The notes under the pieces: generated by a model
Databases searched by the model: none
What the model was told of the DNA's origin: nothing
Seen by the model: only the letters and a program-made list of their open reading frames with translations
Shown: positions 32,132-43,756 of the stretch, one piece after another
Layout of the letters: every line of letters begins with the position of its first letter
Position numbering within the stretch: position 1 is the first letter of the stretch
Assembly (NCBI RefSeq): GCF_009914755.1
Contig: NC_060928.1
Reading direction: 5' to 3' (one strand)
Length of the DNA stretch: 64,000 nucleotides
Origin: the human T2T-CHM13v2.0 reference genome, Homo sapiens
Program-made: the position numbers and the translations under genes

Positions 32132-32549
32132 TCTTTCTTGACAGATCAAAGTGGGTGTCATTACAAAGGCAAAACTACAGAAACTTCTCTTCTCATTGAT
32201 GCATTACTTTCATTTTTATTTACTACAGTTTATCTTTGTTTTAACAGGGTGAAAGGAAAACAAACGGTAAAATATTTGGCTGAAACTGAAGTTCATTGTG
32301 AATTTAAGGATGAACTTCACACTTAAAGTATAAGGCCCATGTATAAAAATGTATAAATATGCTACCAGTTTCCATTTTTAAAGATTAATTGAAAAAGATT
32401 TACTAAAGATGTAACGATTGTGAGTTTTCCTAGAATCAAGCTGAATATAACCAAAATAATGCTGTGATTTCATAGTCATGCTTTTACACTACTCTCTGTT
32501 TTAGTAGATACTGTAGCCTATTCTGAGTGCTATTTTTTTCTTTTTGTCA

Positions 32550-32832
32550 GCCTGGAAGATTCCTACTTAGTCTTTAAGCTACAGCATAAGTGTCACTTCC
32601 TCTGTGTTGCCCTTTCCCTGTTCTCTCCTTTAGTATCTACTGTGCCCCATAATTATTTATACGAAGGAACCTATATCATTGAATGGAAATCATTCATTTT
32701 TTTCTCTGTCATCCCTGATAAACTATCAGATCCTTAAGAGTATAGTTCTGAGTTTAGTCATTCGTATGTCTCCAAAACTTAAAACAATGTCCTGATCATG
32801 GGTGCTCAATAAATACTTATAGAGTAAATAAA
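32550..32832 (+). mobile_element. L2 3' end
   Basis: 'gtgtcacttcctctgtg...ggtgctcaataaatact...gtaaataaa'. Confidence 0.6.
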
Positions 32833-33038
32833 GAAAAATATAAGTCTTTTTCTTATGCTTCTGATTCATCAACTTGAACCAGAAATGATAAGGCAGTTAA
32901 AGGGAGCTTATCGTAAGGGATATCATCTCTTTAAAGGGCCAGGTTGGGGGGAAATTCCAATAACCAGAACGTCTCATAGATAGAGAGCTCATGAAATTTG
33001 AAAATTGATGCCAGTATCAAAATGTCAGGAATACTGAT

Positions 33039-33473
33039 TGTCAGGCCTCTGAGCCCAAGCCAAGCCATCGCATCCCCTGTGACTTGCACATATACATCCA
33101 GATGGCCTGAAGTAACTGAAGATCCACAAAAGAAGTAAAAATAGCCTTAACTGATGACATTCCACCATTGTGATTTGTTCCTGCCCCACTCTAACTAATC
33201 AATGTACTTTGTAATCTCCCCCACCGTTAAGAAGGTTCTTTGTAATTCTCCCCACCCTTGAGAATGTACTTTGTGAGATCCACCCCTGCCCGCAAAACAT
33301 TGCTCTTAACTTCATCGCCTATCCATCCCAAAACCTATAAGAACTAATAATAATCCACCACTCTTTGCTGACTCTCTTTTCGGACTCAGCCCACCTGCAC
33401 CCAGGTGAAATAAACAGCTTTATTGTTCACACAAAGCCTGTTTGGTGGTCTCTTCACACGGACACGCATGAAA
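33039..33473 (+). promoter_or_regulatory. 5' LTR of HERV-H #1 (LTR7B/type II-like); TATAA at 33336-33340; several CCCCACCC KLF-type motifs
   Basis: 'tgtcaggcctctgagcccaag'; type II repeats 'gtactttgtaatctcccccacc' and 'gcaaaacattgctcttaac...cctataagaactaat'. Confidence 0.88.
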
Positions 33474-34267
33474 TTTGGTGCCGTGACTCGGATCCGGGGA
33501 CCTCCCTTGGGAGATCAATCCCCCGTCCTCCTGCTCTTTGCTCCATGAGAAAGATCCACCTACGACCTCAGGTCCTCAGACCGACCAGCCCAAGAAACAT
33601 CTCACCAATTTCAAATCTGGTAAGCGGCCTCCTTTTACTCTCTTCTCCAACTTCCCTCACTATCCCTCAACCTCTTTCTCCTTTCAATCTTGGCGCTACA
33701 CTTCAATCTCTCCCTTCTCTTAATTTCAATTCCTTTCATTTTTTGGTAGAGACAAAAGAGACACATTTTATCCGTGGACCCAAAACTCTGGCGTGGGTGA
33801 TGGAATGGGAAGGCAGCCTTCCCTTGGTGTTTAATCATTGCAGGGATGCCTCTCTGATTATACACCCACGTTTCAAGGGTGTCAGACCACGCAGGGAGGC
33901 CTGCCTTGGTCCTTCACCCTTAGCGGCAAGTCCCGCTTTCCTGGGGCAGGGGCAAGTACCTCAACCCCTTCTCTCCTTGTCTCTACCCCTTCTCTGCTTT
34001 CCTGGGGCAGGGTCAAGTACCCCAACCCCTTCTCTCCTTGTCTCTACCCCTTCTCCTTCACCCTTAGCAGCAAGTCCCGCTTTCCTGGGGCAGGGGCAAG
34101 TACCCCTCAACCCCTTCTCCTTCACCCTTAGTGGCAAGTCCCGCTTTTCTAGGGGGCAAGAACCCCCAAACCCCTTCCCTCTGTGTCTCTACGCTCTCTT
34201 TTCTCTGGGTTTGCTTCCTTCACTATGGGCAACCTTCCACCCTCCATTCCTCCTTGTTCTCCCTTAG
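33365..34267 (+). CDS. Putative HERV-H pre-gag ORF (ESRG/HESRG-like, 300 codons; non-AUG start, first in-frame ATG at 33545)
   Basis: Uninterrupted ORF; 'TLFSDSAHLHPGEINS...WWSLHTD...PSPLAASPAFLGQGQVPLNPFSFTLSGKSRF' closely resembles my recollection of the ESRG predicted protein; translation unproven. Confidence 0.4.
   Translation: MLTLFSDSAHLHPGEINSFIVHTKPVWWSLHTDTHEIWCRDSDPGTSLGRSIPRPPALCSMRKIHLRPQVLRPTSPRNISPISNLVSGLLLLSSPTSLTIPQPLSPFNLGATLQSLPSLNFNSFHFLVETKETHFIRGPKTLAWVMEWEGSLPLVFNHCRDASLIIHPRFKGVRPRREACLGPSPLAASPAFLGQGQVPQPLLSLSLPLLCFPGAGSSTPTPSLLVSTPSPSPLAASPAFLGQGQVPLNPFSFTLSGKSRFSRGQEPPNPFPLCLYALFSLGLLPSLWATFHPPFLLVLP
33476..33493 (+). other. Primer binding site, tRNA-His
   Basis: tggtgccgtgactcggat directly after the LTR. 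Confidence 0.95.
33617..33625 (+). promoter_or_regulatory. HERV-H major splice donor (ctg|gtaagc)
   Basis: Consensus donor at the usual position about 150 nt after the LTR. Confidence 0.75.
33910..34175 (+). repeat. HERV-H leader tandem repeats
   Basis: Unit 'tccttcacccttagcggcaagtcccgcttt' starts at 33910, 34054 and 34118. Confidence 0.85.
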
Positions 34268-35409
34268 CCTGTGTGCTCAAGAATTTAAAACCTCTTCAAC
34301 TTACACCTGACCTAAAACCTAAACGCCTTATTTTCTTCTGCAACACTGCTTGGCCCCAATACAAACTCGACAGTAGTTCCAAATAGCTGGAAAATGGCAC
34401 TTTCAATTTTTCCATCCTACAAGATCTAAATAATTCTTGTCGTAAAAGGGGCAAATGGTCTGAGGTGCCTGACGTCCAGGCATTCTTTTACACATCAGTC
34501 CCTTCCTAGTCTCTGTGCCCAGTGCAACTCCTCCCAAATCTTCCTTCTTTCCCTCCCGCCTGTCCCCTCAGTCCCAACCCCAAGCGTCGCTGAGTCTTTC
34601 TAATCTTCCTTTTCTACAGACCCATCTGACCTCTCCCCTCCTCGCCAGCCCAAGCTAGGTCCCAATTCTTCCTCAGCCTCCACTCCTCCACCCTGTAATC
34701 TTTTTATCGCCTCCCCTCCTCACACCTGGTCTGGCTTACAGTTTCGTTCTGTGACTAGCCCTCCCCTACCTGCCCAGCAATTTATTCTTAAAAAGGTGGC
34801 TGGAGCTAAAGGCATAGTCAAGGTTAATGCTCCTTTTTCTTTATCCCAAATCAGATAGCGTTTAGGCTTTTTCATCAAATATAAAAACCCAGCCCAGTTC
34901 ATGGCTCGTTCGGCAGCAACCCTGAGACGCTTTACAGCCCTAGACCCTAAAAGGTCAAAAGGCCATCTTATTCTCAATATACATTTTATTACCCAATCTG
35001 CTCCCGACATTAAATAAAACTCCAAAAATTAAATTCCGGCCCTCAAACCCCACAACAGGATTTAATTAACCTTGCCTACAAGGTGTACAATAATAGAAAA
35101 AAGTTGCAATTCCTTGCCTCCACTGTGAGACAAACCCCAGCCACATCTCCAGCACACAAGAACTTCCAAACGCCTGAACCACAGCGGCCAGGTGTTCCTC
35201 CAGAACCTCCTCCCCCAGGAGCTTGCTACAAGTGCCAGAAATCTGACCACCAGGCCAAGGAATGCCCGCAGCCCAGGATTCCTCCTAAGCCGTGTCCCAT
35301 CTGTGCGGGACCCCACTGGAAATTGGACTGTTCAACTCACCTGGCAGCCACTCCCAGAGCCCCTGGAACTCTGGGCCAAGGCTCTCTGACTGACTCCTTC
35401 TCGGCTTAG
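34225..35409 (+). pseudogene. gag: HERV-H gag remnant with two CCHC zinc knuckles
   Basis: MGNLPPSIP start at 34225 with an early stop; CYKCQKSDHQAKEC and CPICAGPHWKLDC in ORF 35083-35409. Confidence 0.88.
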
Positions 35410-35459
35410 CAGCTGAAGACTGATGCTGCCCGATCACCTCGGAAGCCCTGTAGACCATC

Positions 35460-36910
35460 ACGGACTTTGGGTAACTCTCACAGTGGAAGGTAAACCCATC
35501 CCCTTCTTAATCAATACGGAGGCTACCCACTCCACATTACCTTCTTTTCAAGGGCCTGTTTCCCTTGCCTCCATAACTGTTGTGGGTATTGACAGCCAGG
35601 CTTCTAAACCTCTTAAAACTGCCCAACTCTGGTGCCAACTTAGACAATACTCTTTTAAGCACTCCTTTTTAGTTATCCCCACCTGCCCAGTTCCGTTATT
35701 AGGCTGAGACACTTTAACCAAATTATCTGCTTCCCTGACTATTCCTGGACTACAGCTGCATCTCATTGCTGCCCTTCTTCCCAGTCCAAAGCCTCCTTTG
35801 CGTCCTCCTCTTGTATTCCCCCACCTTAACCCACAAGTATAAGAGACCTCTACTCCCTCCTTGGCGACTGATCACGCACCCCTTACCATCTCATTAAAAC
35901 CTAATCACCCTTACCCCGCTCAACGCCAATATCCTATCCCACAGCACGCTTTAAAAGGATTAAAGCCTGTTATCACTCGCCTGCTACAGCACGGGCTTCT
36001 AAAACCTATAAACTCTCCTTACCATGCCCCCATTTTACCTGTCCTAAAACCAGACAAGGCTTACAGGTTAGTTCAGATTCTGTGCCTTATCAACCAAATT
36101 GTTTTGCCTATCCACCCCATGGTGCCAAACCCATATACTCTCCTATCCTCAATACCTGCCTCTACAACCCATTATTCTGTTCTAGATCTCAAACATGCTT
36201 TGCTATTCCTTTGCACCCTTCATCGCAGCCTCTCTTTGCCTTCACTTAGACTGACCCTGACACCCATCAAGCTCAGCAAATTACCTGGGCTGTACTGCCG
36301 CAAGGCTTCACAGACAGCCCCCATTACTTCAGTCAAGCCCAGATTTCTTCCTCATCTGTTACCTATCTCAGCATAATTCTCATAAAAACACACGTGCTCT
36401 CCCTGCTGATCGTCTCTGATTAATCTCCCAAACCTCAATCCCTTACAAAAGAACAACTCCTTTCCTTCCTAGGCATAGTTAGTGCGGTCAGAATTCTTAC
36501 TCAAGAGCCAGGACCACACCCTGTAGCCTTTCTGTCCAAACAACTTGACCTTACTGTTTTAGCCTAGCCCTCATGTCTGCGTGCAGTGGCTGCCACTGCT
36601 TTAATACTGTTAGAGGCCCTAAAAATCACAAAGTATGCTCAGCTCACTCTCTACATTTCTCATAACTTCCAAAATCTATTTTCTTCCTCATACCTGACGC
36701 ATATACTTTCTGCTCCCCGGCTCCTTCAGCTGTACTCACTCTTTAAGTCCCACAATTACCATTGTTCCTGGCCCGGACTTCAATCCGGCCTCCCACATTA
36801 TTCCTGATACCACACCTGACCCCCATGACTGTATCTCTCTGATCCACCTGATATTCACCCCCATTTCCCCATATTTCCTTCTTTCCTGTTCCTCACCCTG
36901 ATCATGCTTG
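35460..36910 (+). pseudogene. pol: HERV-H pro and RT remnant, frameshifted
   Basis: Protease motif degenerate (FLINTEAT instead of DTGA); RT peptides QYPIP, PILPVLKPD, YSVLDLK. Confidence 0.88.
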
Positions 36911-37350
36911 CCTCGTGCTATCCCCAAACTGCCATTCTTAACTCTTGAAGTAAATAAATAATCTTTGCTGGCAGGGCTATGCTGAATCTCCTTAGGCACT
37001 CTCTAATCAGATGTCCTGAGTCGTCCCAATTCTTAGACCTTTTATACCTGTTTTTCTCCTCCTCTTATTCCATTTAGTTTTTCAATTCATGCAAAACCGT
37101 ATCCAGGCCATCACCAATCATTCTACACAACAAATGTTTCTTCTAACAACCCCACAATATCACCCCTTACCACAAAATCTTCCTTCAGCTTAATCTCTCC
37201 CACTTTAGGTTCCCACGCCGCCCCTAATCCCGCTCGAAGCAGCCCTGAGAAACATCGCCCATTCTCTCTCCACAACAACCCCCCAAAATTTTCGCCGCCC
37301 CTAGACTTCAACATTATTTTATTTTTCTTATTAATATAAGAAGGCAGGAA

Positions 37351-37780
37351 TGTCAGGCCTCTGAGCCCAAGCCAAGCCATCGCATCCCCTGTGACTTGCA
37401 CATATACATCCAGATGGCCTGAAGTAACTGAAGATCCACAAAAGAAGTAAAAATAGCCTTAACTGATGACATTCCACCATTGTGATTTGTTCCTGCCCCA
37501 TCCTAACTAATCAATGTACTTAGTAATCTCCCCACCCTTAAGAAGGTTCTTTGTAATTCTCCCCACCCTTGAGAATGTACTTTGTGAGATCCACCCCTGC
37601 CCGCAAAACATTGCTCTTAACTTCATCGCCTATCCCAAAACCTATAAGAACTAATAATAATCCACCACTCTTTGCTGACTCTCTTTTCGGACTCAGCCCG
37701 CCTGCACCCAGGTGAAATAAACAGCTTTATTGCTCACACAAAGCCTGTTTGGTGGTCTCTTCACAGGGACGCACATGAAA
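37351..37780 (+). promoter_or_regulatory. 3' LTR of HERV-H #1; PPT at 37336-37350; AATAAA at 37716-37721
   Basis: Direct repeat of the 5' LTR, about 9 substitutions and 2 indels by hand count. Confidence 0.95.
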
Positions 37781-39806
37781 CTGATGGCTTCTGTACACTT
37801 AGTGAGAACTCAGGAAGAAGAAAATAATTTCCCTTTTATGGATTCATCTGAGCTGAGCACCAGATCCAGGACCTTCTAGTGAGCTTCAACAGTTTCATAA
37901 CAAAATACATAAATGTGCTAACAATACTTGCCTCCTTTTCCTTTCGATCATTCTAAGACTTACTGGTGATCAAAGATAATTTTATATATATATATATTTT
38001 TTAAATGGCCCTTTTAGAGTTTTCCCGTAGTTCATTCAAATTGCTCTTATTGGCTTAACTATTCCCTGCATCAATGTATGATGATCGATCCTCTCATTTA
38101 CCTAATATAGGAAGTCAAGGACCTAAATGAAAAATATTTATCTTACTGTTACAGTAAAACGGAATGACTTTCATTCCAAGTTCTACTTTGCTTTCTATAC
38201 GTACGTGTTATTACATCTTGCGATTCCTTTTTTTATTCACCTGTGAAAAGTGAATCACATAAATATGTTATTTTTATTCATCTAGGAAAGTTAAATGTAT
38301 TATTCACAGATAAGATTATGCAGCAAGACAATGGCCACACTGTCAGACTTGAGAGAAAATTTTAAAAATTAATGATTTTTCCCAACAGTATATCAACAAC
38401 CAATTTTGAAGTACTTCGTTCATAGAAATTTTTATAGTGTAGAGAAAGAATCATTAAAATTTAGCTAGAGTCAGAAGGAAGAGGAGAGCAAGTCAGAAGA
38501 TACGATGTAGAGAAAATCCTCCTACTGGGTGTTATGGGGAAGAGGGAGAGAGAGGTGGTACATGGTCGAATGTGTGCAAATTAATTTTAGGTTCTCTAGG
38601 CTCTATGTGTTTTGGGAGATGAGGGGTGGCGAGTGAGAGAAAGATACTTAGATACTATATGAGATAAGACCAAGGTGGGTTGGGCTGGGGGATCCAGGAG
38701 AAAGCAGCTCCCCAGCTGCCCCCTATCCACCTACTGGGGCACAGCCCCTGCAGAATAAACCTGGCAGCCTGAAGTTGAGCTTTCTTGAGTCATTCTGTAC
38801 CATCTTTCAAGAGGTTTTGCCAAGAAAAATTTGGAACTTGGAAAAATTTTGGTACAACCAACGTGTGCCACCCATCAGCTGACAGAGGTACATTGGTCCC
38901 AGCCCCAGGAGTAGGGCAATGCCTATTTATTCTACTGAATGGTTTGTTTGAGTGAAAGTTAAGCAGGCTCTCTTCATTTTTCAAAACTAAACCTTTACTA
39001 AGGGCAACTTAAACATTCAACAGTTAAGTTTACTTTCTTATAGAAGAAGTCTTTCAAGTTAAACAAAAACTTAAATCAAAATCAATGCACTTATCACTTA
39101 ACTTTTGTTTATGGTTCTTATTATTCATCACTTCTCTTTCTCGCTGCAGAGAAACACTCTTAATTTCTTTCAGATGCTTCAGTTCTGAGATATCAGGACT
39201 TTAACAGTACTGATCTCAGAGATTTCTTTTGGAGTAAACAACTAAGAAATTTCTTTTTGCTGCAGGCTGTGACTTCAAATTCAGTTTCTTTCTCTTTCAT
39301 CTATCATAGGGTGAACTACCAAAAGAAAAAAGAAAACAGCCCGTTTTTTCTGATTGTTTCTCCCTGTTTTTATCTTCAACATAAGAAGCAGAAATAGGGC
39401 TGAAGGTAAAGAGAAAAAAAGAGGCTACATGTCTGTGTTTCAATGCTGAAAAGTCAAAAAAATGCCCAAGCCTAATCTCGTATAATATAAAATGACAAAC
39501 TCACCGGGAGTTTACATTTTTTTTTATTCTACACTCCTGCTCACTTGAGTGTTTGTTGACTATTTATTATTAAAACAATGACAACAGAACTGATTAATTT
39601 TTATTGAACAAATTGTGATTGGTAAGAGTTTTTATGTATGGACTTGAAATTTTTCTTTTTTCTTAGCTGTTTGTTTACAACTAAATTGTAAGCTTGTTGC
39701 AGACAGGGAATATATCTTCTATTTGCTTGTTCAAACTACTCTGTTTACCACAGTACAGGGTCTGCACTGGGTAATTTCAAGAGCTCCTTAGGCATATATA
39801 TATATG

Positions 39807-40241
39807 TGTGACGTGCATCCGTGTGAAGAGACCACCAAACAGGCTTTATGTGAGCAACAAGGCTGTTTATTTCACCTGGGTGCAGGCGGGCTGAGTCCAA
39901 AAAGAGAGTCAGAGAAGGGAGATAGGGGTGGGGCCGTTTTATAGGATTTGGGTGGGTAGTGGAAAATTACAGTCAAAGGGGGTTGTTCTCTTGCGGGCAG
40001 GGGCGGAGGTCACAAGGTGCTCAGTGGGGGAGCTTCTGAGCCAGGAGAAGGAATTTCACAAGGTTAATCACTCAGTTAAGGTGGGACAGAAACAAATCAC
40101 AATGGTGGAATGTCATCAGTTAAGGCAGGAACCGGCCATTTTCACTTCTTTTGTGATTCTTCACTTGCTTCAGGCCATCTGGATGTATACGTGTGGGTCG
40201 CAGGGGATATGATGGCTTAGCTTGGGCTCAGAGGCCTGACA
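39807..40241 (-). promoter_or_regulatory. 3' LTR of HERV-H #2 (LTR7 type I); intact TATAAAA at 39937-39943
   Basis: Type I region 'agagaacaaccccctttgactgtaattttcc...cctataaaacggccccacccc' on -. Confidence 0.92.
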
Positions 40242-41128
40242 TTCCTGTCTTCTTATATTAACAAGAAAAATAACATAAAATAATATTTACGTGTTGGGGC
40301 AGCGAAAATTTTTTGGGGGTGGTATGGAGAGATAATGGGCGATGTTTCTCAGGGCTGCTTCGAGCGGGATTAGGGGCAGCGTGGGAACCTAGAGTGGGAG
40401 AGATTAAGCTGAAGGAAGATTTTGTGGTAAGGAGTGATATTGTGGGGTTGTTAGAAGCAGCATTTGTCATATACAATGATTGGTGATGGCCTGGATACGG
40501 TTTTGGATGGATTGAGAAACTAAATGGAAGACATAAGGTCGGAATAAGAGAAGGAGAAAAACAGATTAAAGGACTAAGAATTGGGAGAACACAGGACATC
40601 CAATTAGAGTGCCCAAGGGGGTTCAGTGTAATTACTTGCTTGGTTGGCAAGTTTAGGCTCTATCCTTGAGTTTTTTTTATGTTGTCATATACTAGGCCAG
40701 ATTGATTTAGGTAAAAACAACACTTTTCATTTAAAAATATACAAAATATACAGAGTCCTTTTTTTTTTTTCTAGCAGTGAGTAAGTTGAGGCTTCCGAGA
40801 TTTTGGAGGAAAGAGAAATACAAAGCCAACAATTGTCTGTTAAAGAAGGATTAGAAACCGCTAGGAGAGAGTGAGATTGATAGTGTGGAGATAGCTGGGG
40901 AGAGGTAGAGGGTGCCATAAGAACAGGAACAAGAATAAGAGTGAGTGTAAAAGTAAAGAATAGGACCTCATCAGGGTGAAAGTATTGGAGTGTACCCTGT
41001 TACCAAAGATCATCTATCCACTCTAAGAGGGAGTTAAGAGTGGCAGTTTGGGGATAGCACCAGGAAATACCAGCTGTGATGGCTTGGAGAAACAGTGTAA
41101 ACTGGCAATGTAAACAAGAGCAGGACAT

Positions 41129-41650
41129 TTATGAATAGTTGAGAACAGTGAATAGGAGCATGACTAGACAGAAGATAGTAGGGATGACAAGTTTTTGGGG
41201 TGCAGTCCAAGTTGGGCTGGTGTCTGGAATGAAACTGGGGCCAAATAGAAAGGAGTGTCCATACAGGAGCTCAAATGGGCTGTACCCTGTAGCATCCTGT
41301 GGACAGACTCGAATTCTTAGAAGGGCAAGTGGTAAAAGTATTGTCCAGTCCTTTTTAAGTTGGAGGCTGAACTTGGTGAGGTGTGTGTTTAAAAGACCAT
41401 TAGTCCGTTTTACCTTTCCTGAAGATTGAGGATGGTAAGGGGTCTGAAGGTTCCACTGAATACCAAGAGCCTGAGAAACTGCTTGGGTGATTTGATTAGT
41501 AAAGGCCTGTCTGTTATCAGACTGTATGGAGGTGGGAAGGCTGAACCGAGGAATTACGTCTGACAGAAGGGAAGAAATGACCATGGTGGCCTTCTCAGAC
41601 CCTGTGGAAAAGGCCTCTACCCAGCCAGTGAAAGTGTCTACCCAGACCAA
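41129..41650 (-). pseudogene. pol: HERV-H integrase core remnant
   Basis: WVDTFTGWVEAF...IQSDN...PYHPQSSGKVKR; the third catalytic residue E is replaced by K. Confidence 0.9.
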
Positions 41651-41959
41651 GAGGTATTTTAGTTTCCTGACTCAGGGCATGTGAGTAAAATTAATTTGCC
41701 AGTCCTGCGCAGGGCCAAATCCCCAGGCTTGATGTGTAGGGAAGGGAGGGGGCCTGAACAATCCCTGAGGAGGAGTAGAATAGCAGATGGAACACTGAGA
41801 AGTGATTTCCTTGAGGAGAGATTTCCATGATGGAAAGGAAATGAGAGGTTCTAAGAGATGGGCTAGCGGCTTGTAACCTACATGGAAGAGGCTATGAAAT
41901 GATGACAGAATAGAATGGGCCTGTGAGGCTGGAAGGAGATATTTTCCTTGGTCTAAGAA

Positions 41960-43612
41960 TCATTTGCCTTGTGTGGGAAGAGATTGATAGGTGGAAGTTT
42001 CAGTGGGGGAGTAGGTGGGAGTGACCAATGAGAAGGAGAAAAACCAGCCGTGAGGGACAGAAGTTGGAATGCTACCTGCTTCTTTAGTTACCTTGTCAGC
42101 ATAAGTGTTGCCCTGAACAATGGGATCTGACGCCTTTTGATGGCCCTTGCAGTGAATGACTCCAGCTTCCTTTGGAAGTAAAGCAGCCATGAGAAGAGTT
42201 TTTATTAAAGAGGCCTTAATGATGGAGGACCCTTGCGTAGTGAGGAAACCTCTTTTTGCCTATGTAACAGCATGGTGGTGTAGGATATGGAAGGCATATT
42301 TAGAGTCATTATAAATATTGACACATACTCCTTTTGCAAGAGTGAGGGCTTGAGTTAAGGCAATGAGTTTGGCTTGCTGAGAGATAGTGGAGGGGGGCAG
42401 AAAGTATATGCATCAGGTGTGAGGAAGAAAATAGATTTTGCAAGTTATAAGAACTGTAGAGAGTGAGTTGAGCATAGTTTGTGATTTTGAGGGCCTCTAA
42501 GTATCAGGGCGGTGGCAGCCACCGCACAGAGACATGATGGCCAGCCTAAAACAGTAAGGTCAAGTTGTTTGGACAAAAAGGCTACAGGGCGTGGTCTGGC
42601 TCTTGTGTAAGGATTTTGACTGCACAGCCCTGCACTTCCGCTGTGTGTAATCAAAAAAGGGTTGGGATGAGTTAGGGAGAGCTATTGTGGGAGCAGCTTT
42701 TAGGGCTATTTTTTAAGGAATGGAAAGGGGAGTGGGGAAAGGATTTAGGATTTATGGGGTCAGCTAGGTTTTTTGTGTGTGTGTGAGTTTATATAATGGT
42801 TTTGTAAGGATGGCAAAACCAGGTATCCAAAGGTCAAAGTATCCAACCATGCCCAGGAAGGAAAGGAGTTGTTTTGTAGAAGGGGTTGGGGTTTGAGAGA
42901 TCAATTGGACACAATTGGCAGGGAGAGCACGTGTTTTCATCAAGAATTATGCCAAGATAGGTAATGGATGAGGAAGAAATTTGGGCTTGACTGAAGCAAT
43001 GGGGGCTGTCTGCGAAGCCTTGCGGAAGTACAGCCCAGGTAAATTGCTGAGTCTGATGGGTGTCAGGGTCAGTCCAAGTGAAAGCGAAGAGAGGCTGGGA
43101 TGAAGGGTGCAAAGGAATAGTAAAGAAATCATGTTTGAGATCCAGAACAGAATAATGGGTTGTGGAGGGGTTGCGGAGGGAGGTATTGGGGATAGGAAAG
43201 TATATGGGTTTGGCACCACAGGGTGGTTAGGCAAAACAATTTGGTTGATAAGGCACAGATCCTGAACTAACTTGTAAGACTTGTCTGGTTTTTGGACAGG
43301 TAAAATGGTGGAATTGTAAGGAGAGTTTATAGGCTTTAAAAGGCCATGCTGTAACAGGGGAGTGATAACAGGCTTTAATCCTTTTAAAGTGTGCTGTGGG
43401 ATGGGATATTGTCATTGAGCAGGGTAAGGGTGATTAGGTTTTAATGGGATGGTAAGGGGTGCATGATCAGTCGCCAAGGAGGGAATAGAGGTTTCCCATA
43501 CCTGTGGATTAAGGTGGGGAGATACAAGGGGAGGATGCGAAGGAGGCTGTGAACTGGGGAAAAGGGTGGCAACGAGGTGTGGCTGTAGCCTAGGAACAGT
43601 CAGGGAAGCAAA
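41960..43612 (-). pseudogene. pol: HERV-H RT and RNase H remnant, frameshifted
   Basis: VLPQGFADSPH (RT) and HCKGHQKASDPIVQGNTYAD (RNase H) in different frames. Confidence 0.88.
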
Positions 43613-43660
43613 GGATTGATCTCCCAAGGGAGGTCCCCCAATCCGAGTCACGGCACCAAA

Positions 43661-43745
43661 TGTCATGCACACCCGTGTAAAGAGACCACCAAACAGGCTT
43701 TGTGTAAGCAATAAAGCTTTTTAATCACCTGGGTGCAGGCGGGCT
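43661..43745 (-). repeat. Extra R-U5 copy between the 5' LTR and the PBS
   Basis: Second 'tgtcatgc...gagaccaccaaacaggc...gggtgcaggcgggct' block, separated from the LTR by a partial PBS (tccacaccaaa). Confidence 0.92.
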
Positions 43746-43756
43746 TCCACACCAAA

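Larger units (their letters stand above)
33039..37780 (+). mobile_element. HERV-H provirus #1 (two type II/LTR7B-like LTRs; keeps leader, gag, pro and RT; RNase H, IN and most of env deleted)
   Basis: Paired LTRs, tRNA-His PBS, PPT, perfect 5-bp TSD ctgat at 33034-33038 and 37781-37785, gag and pol peptides. Confidence 0.97.

Noticed and set aside
33910-34175. Repeat-spacer pattern suggesting a CRISPR array
   Set aside because: Ordinary HERV-H leader repeats, non-unique spacers, eukaryotic context
33365-34267. Calling this the ESRG gene
   Set aside because: The similarity is shared across the HERV-H family, and the LTR type and peptide differ from what I recall of ESRG; locus identity cannot be set without mapping
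41129-41650. Possible functional or domesticated integrase
   Set aside because: Catalytic E changed to K, no N-terminal zinc domain in frame, no AUG start
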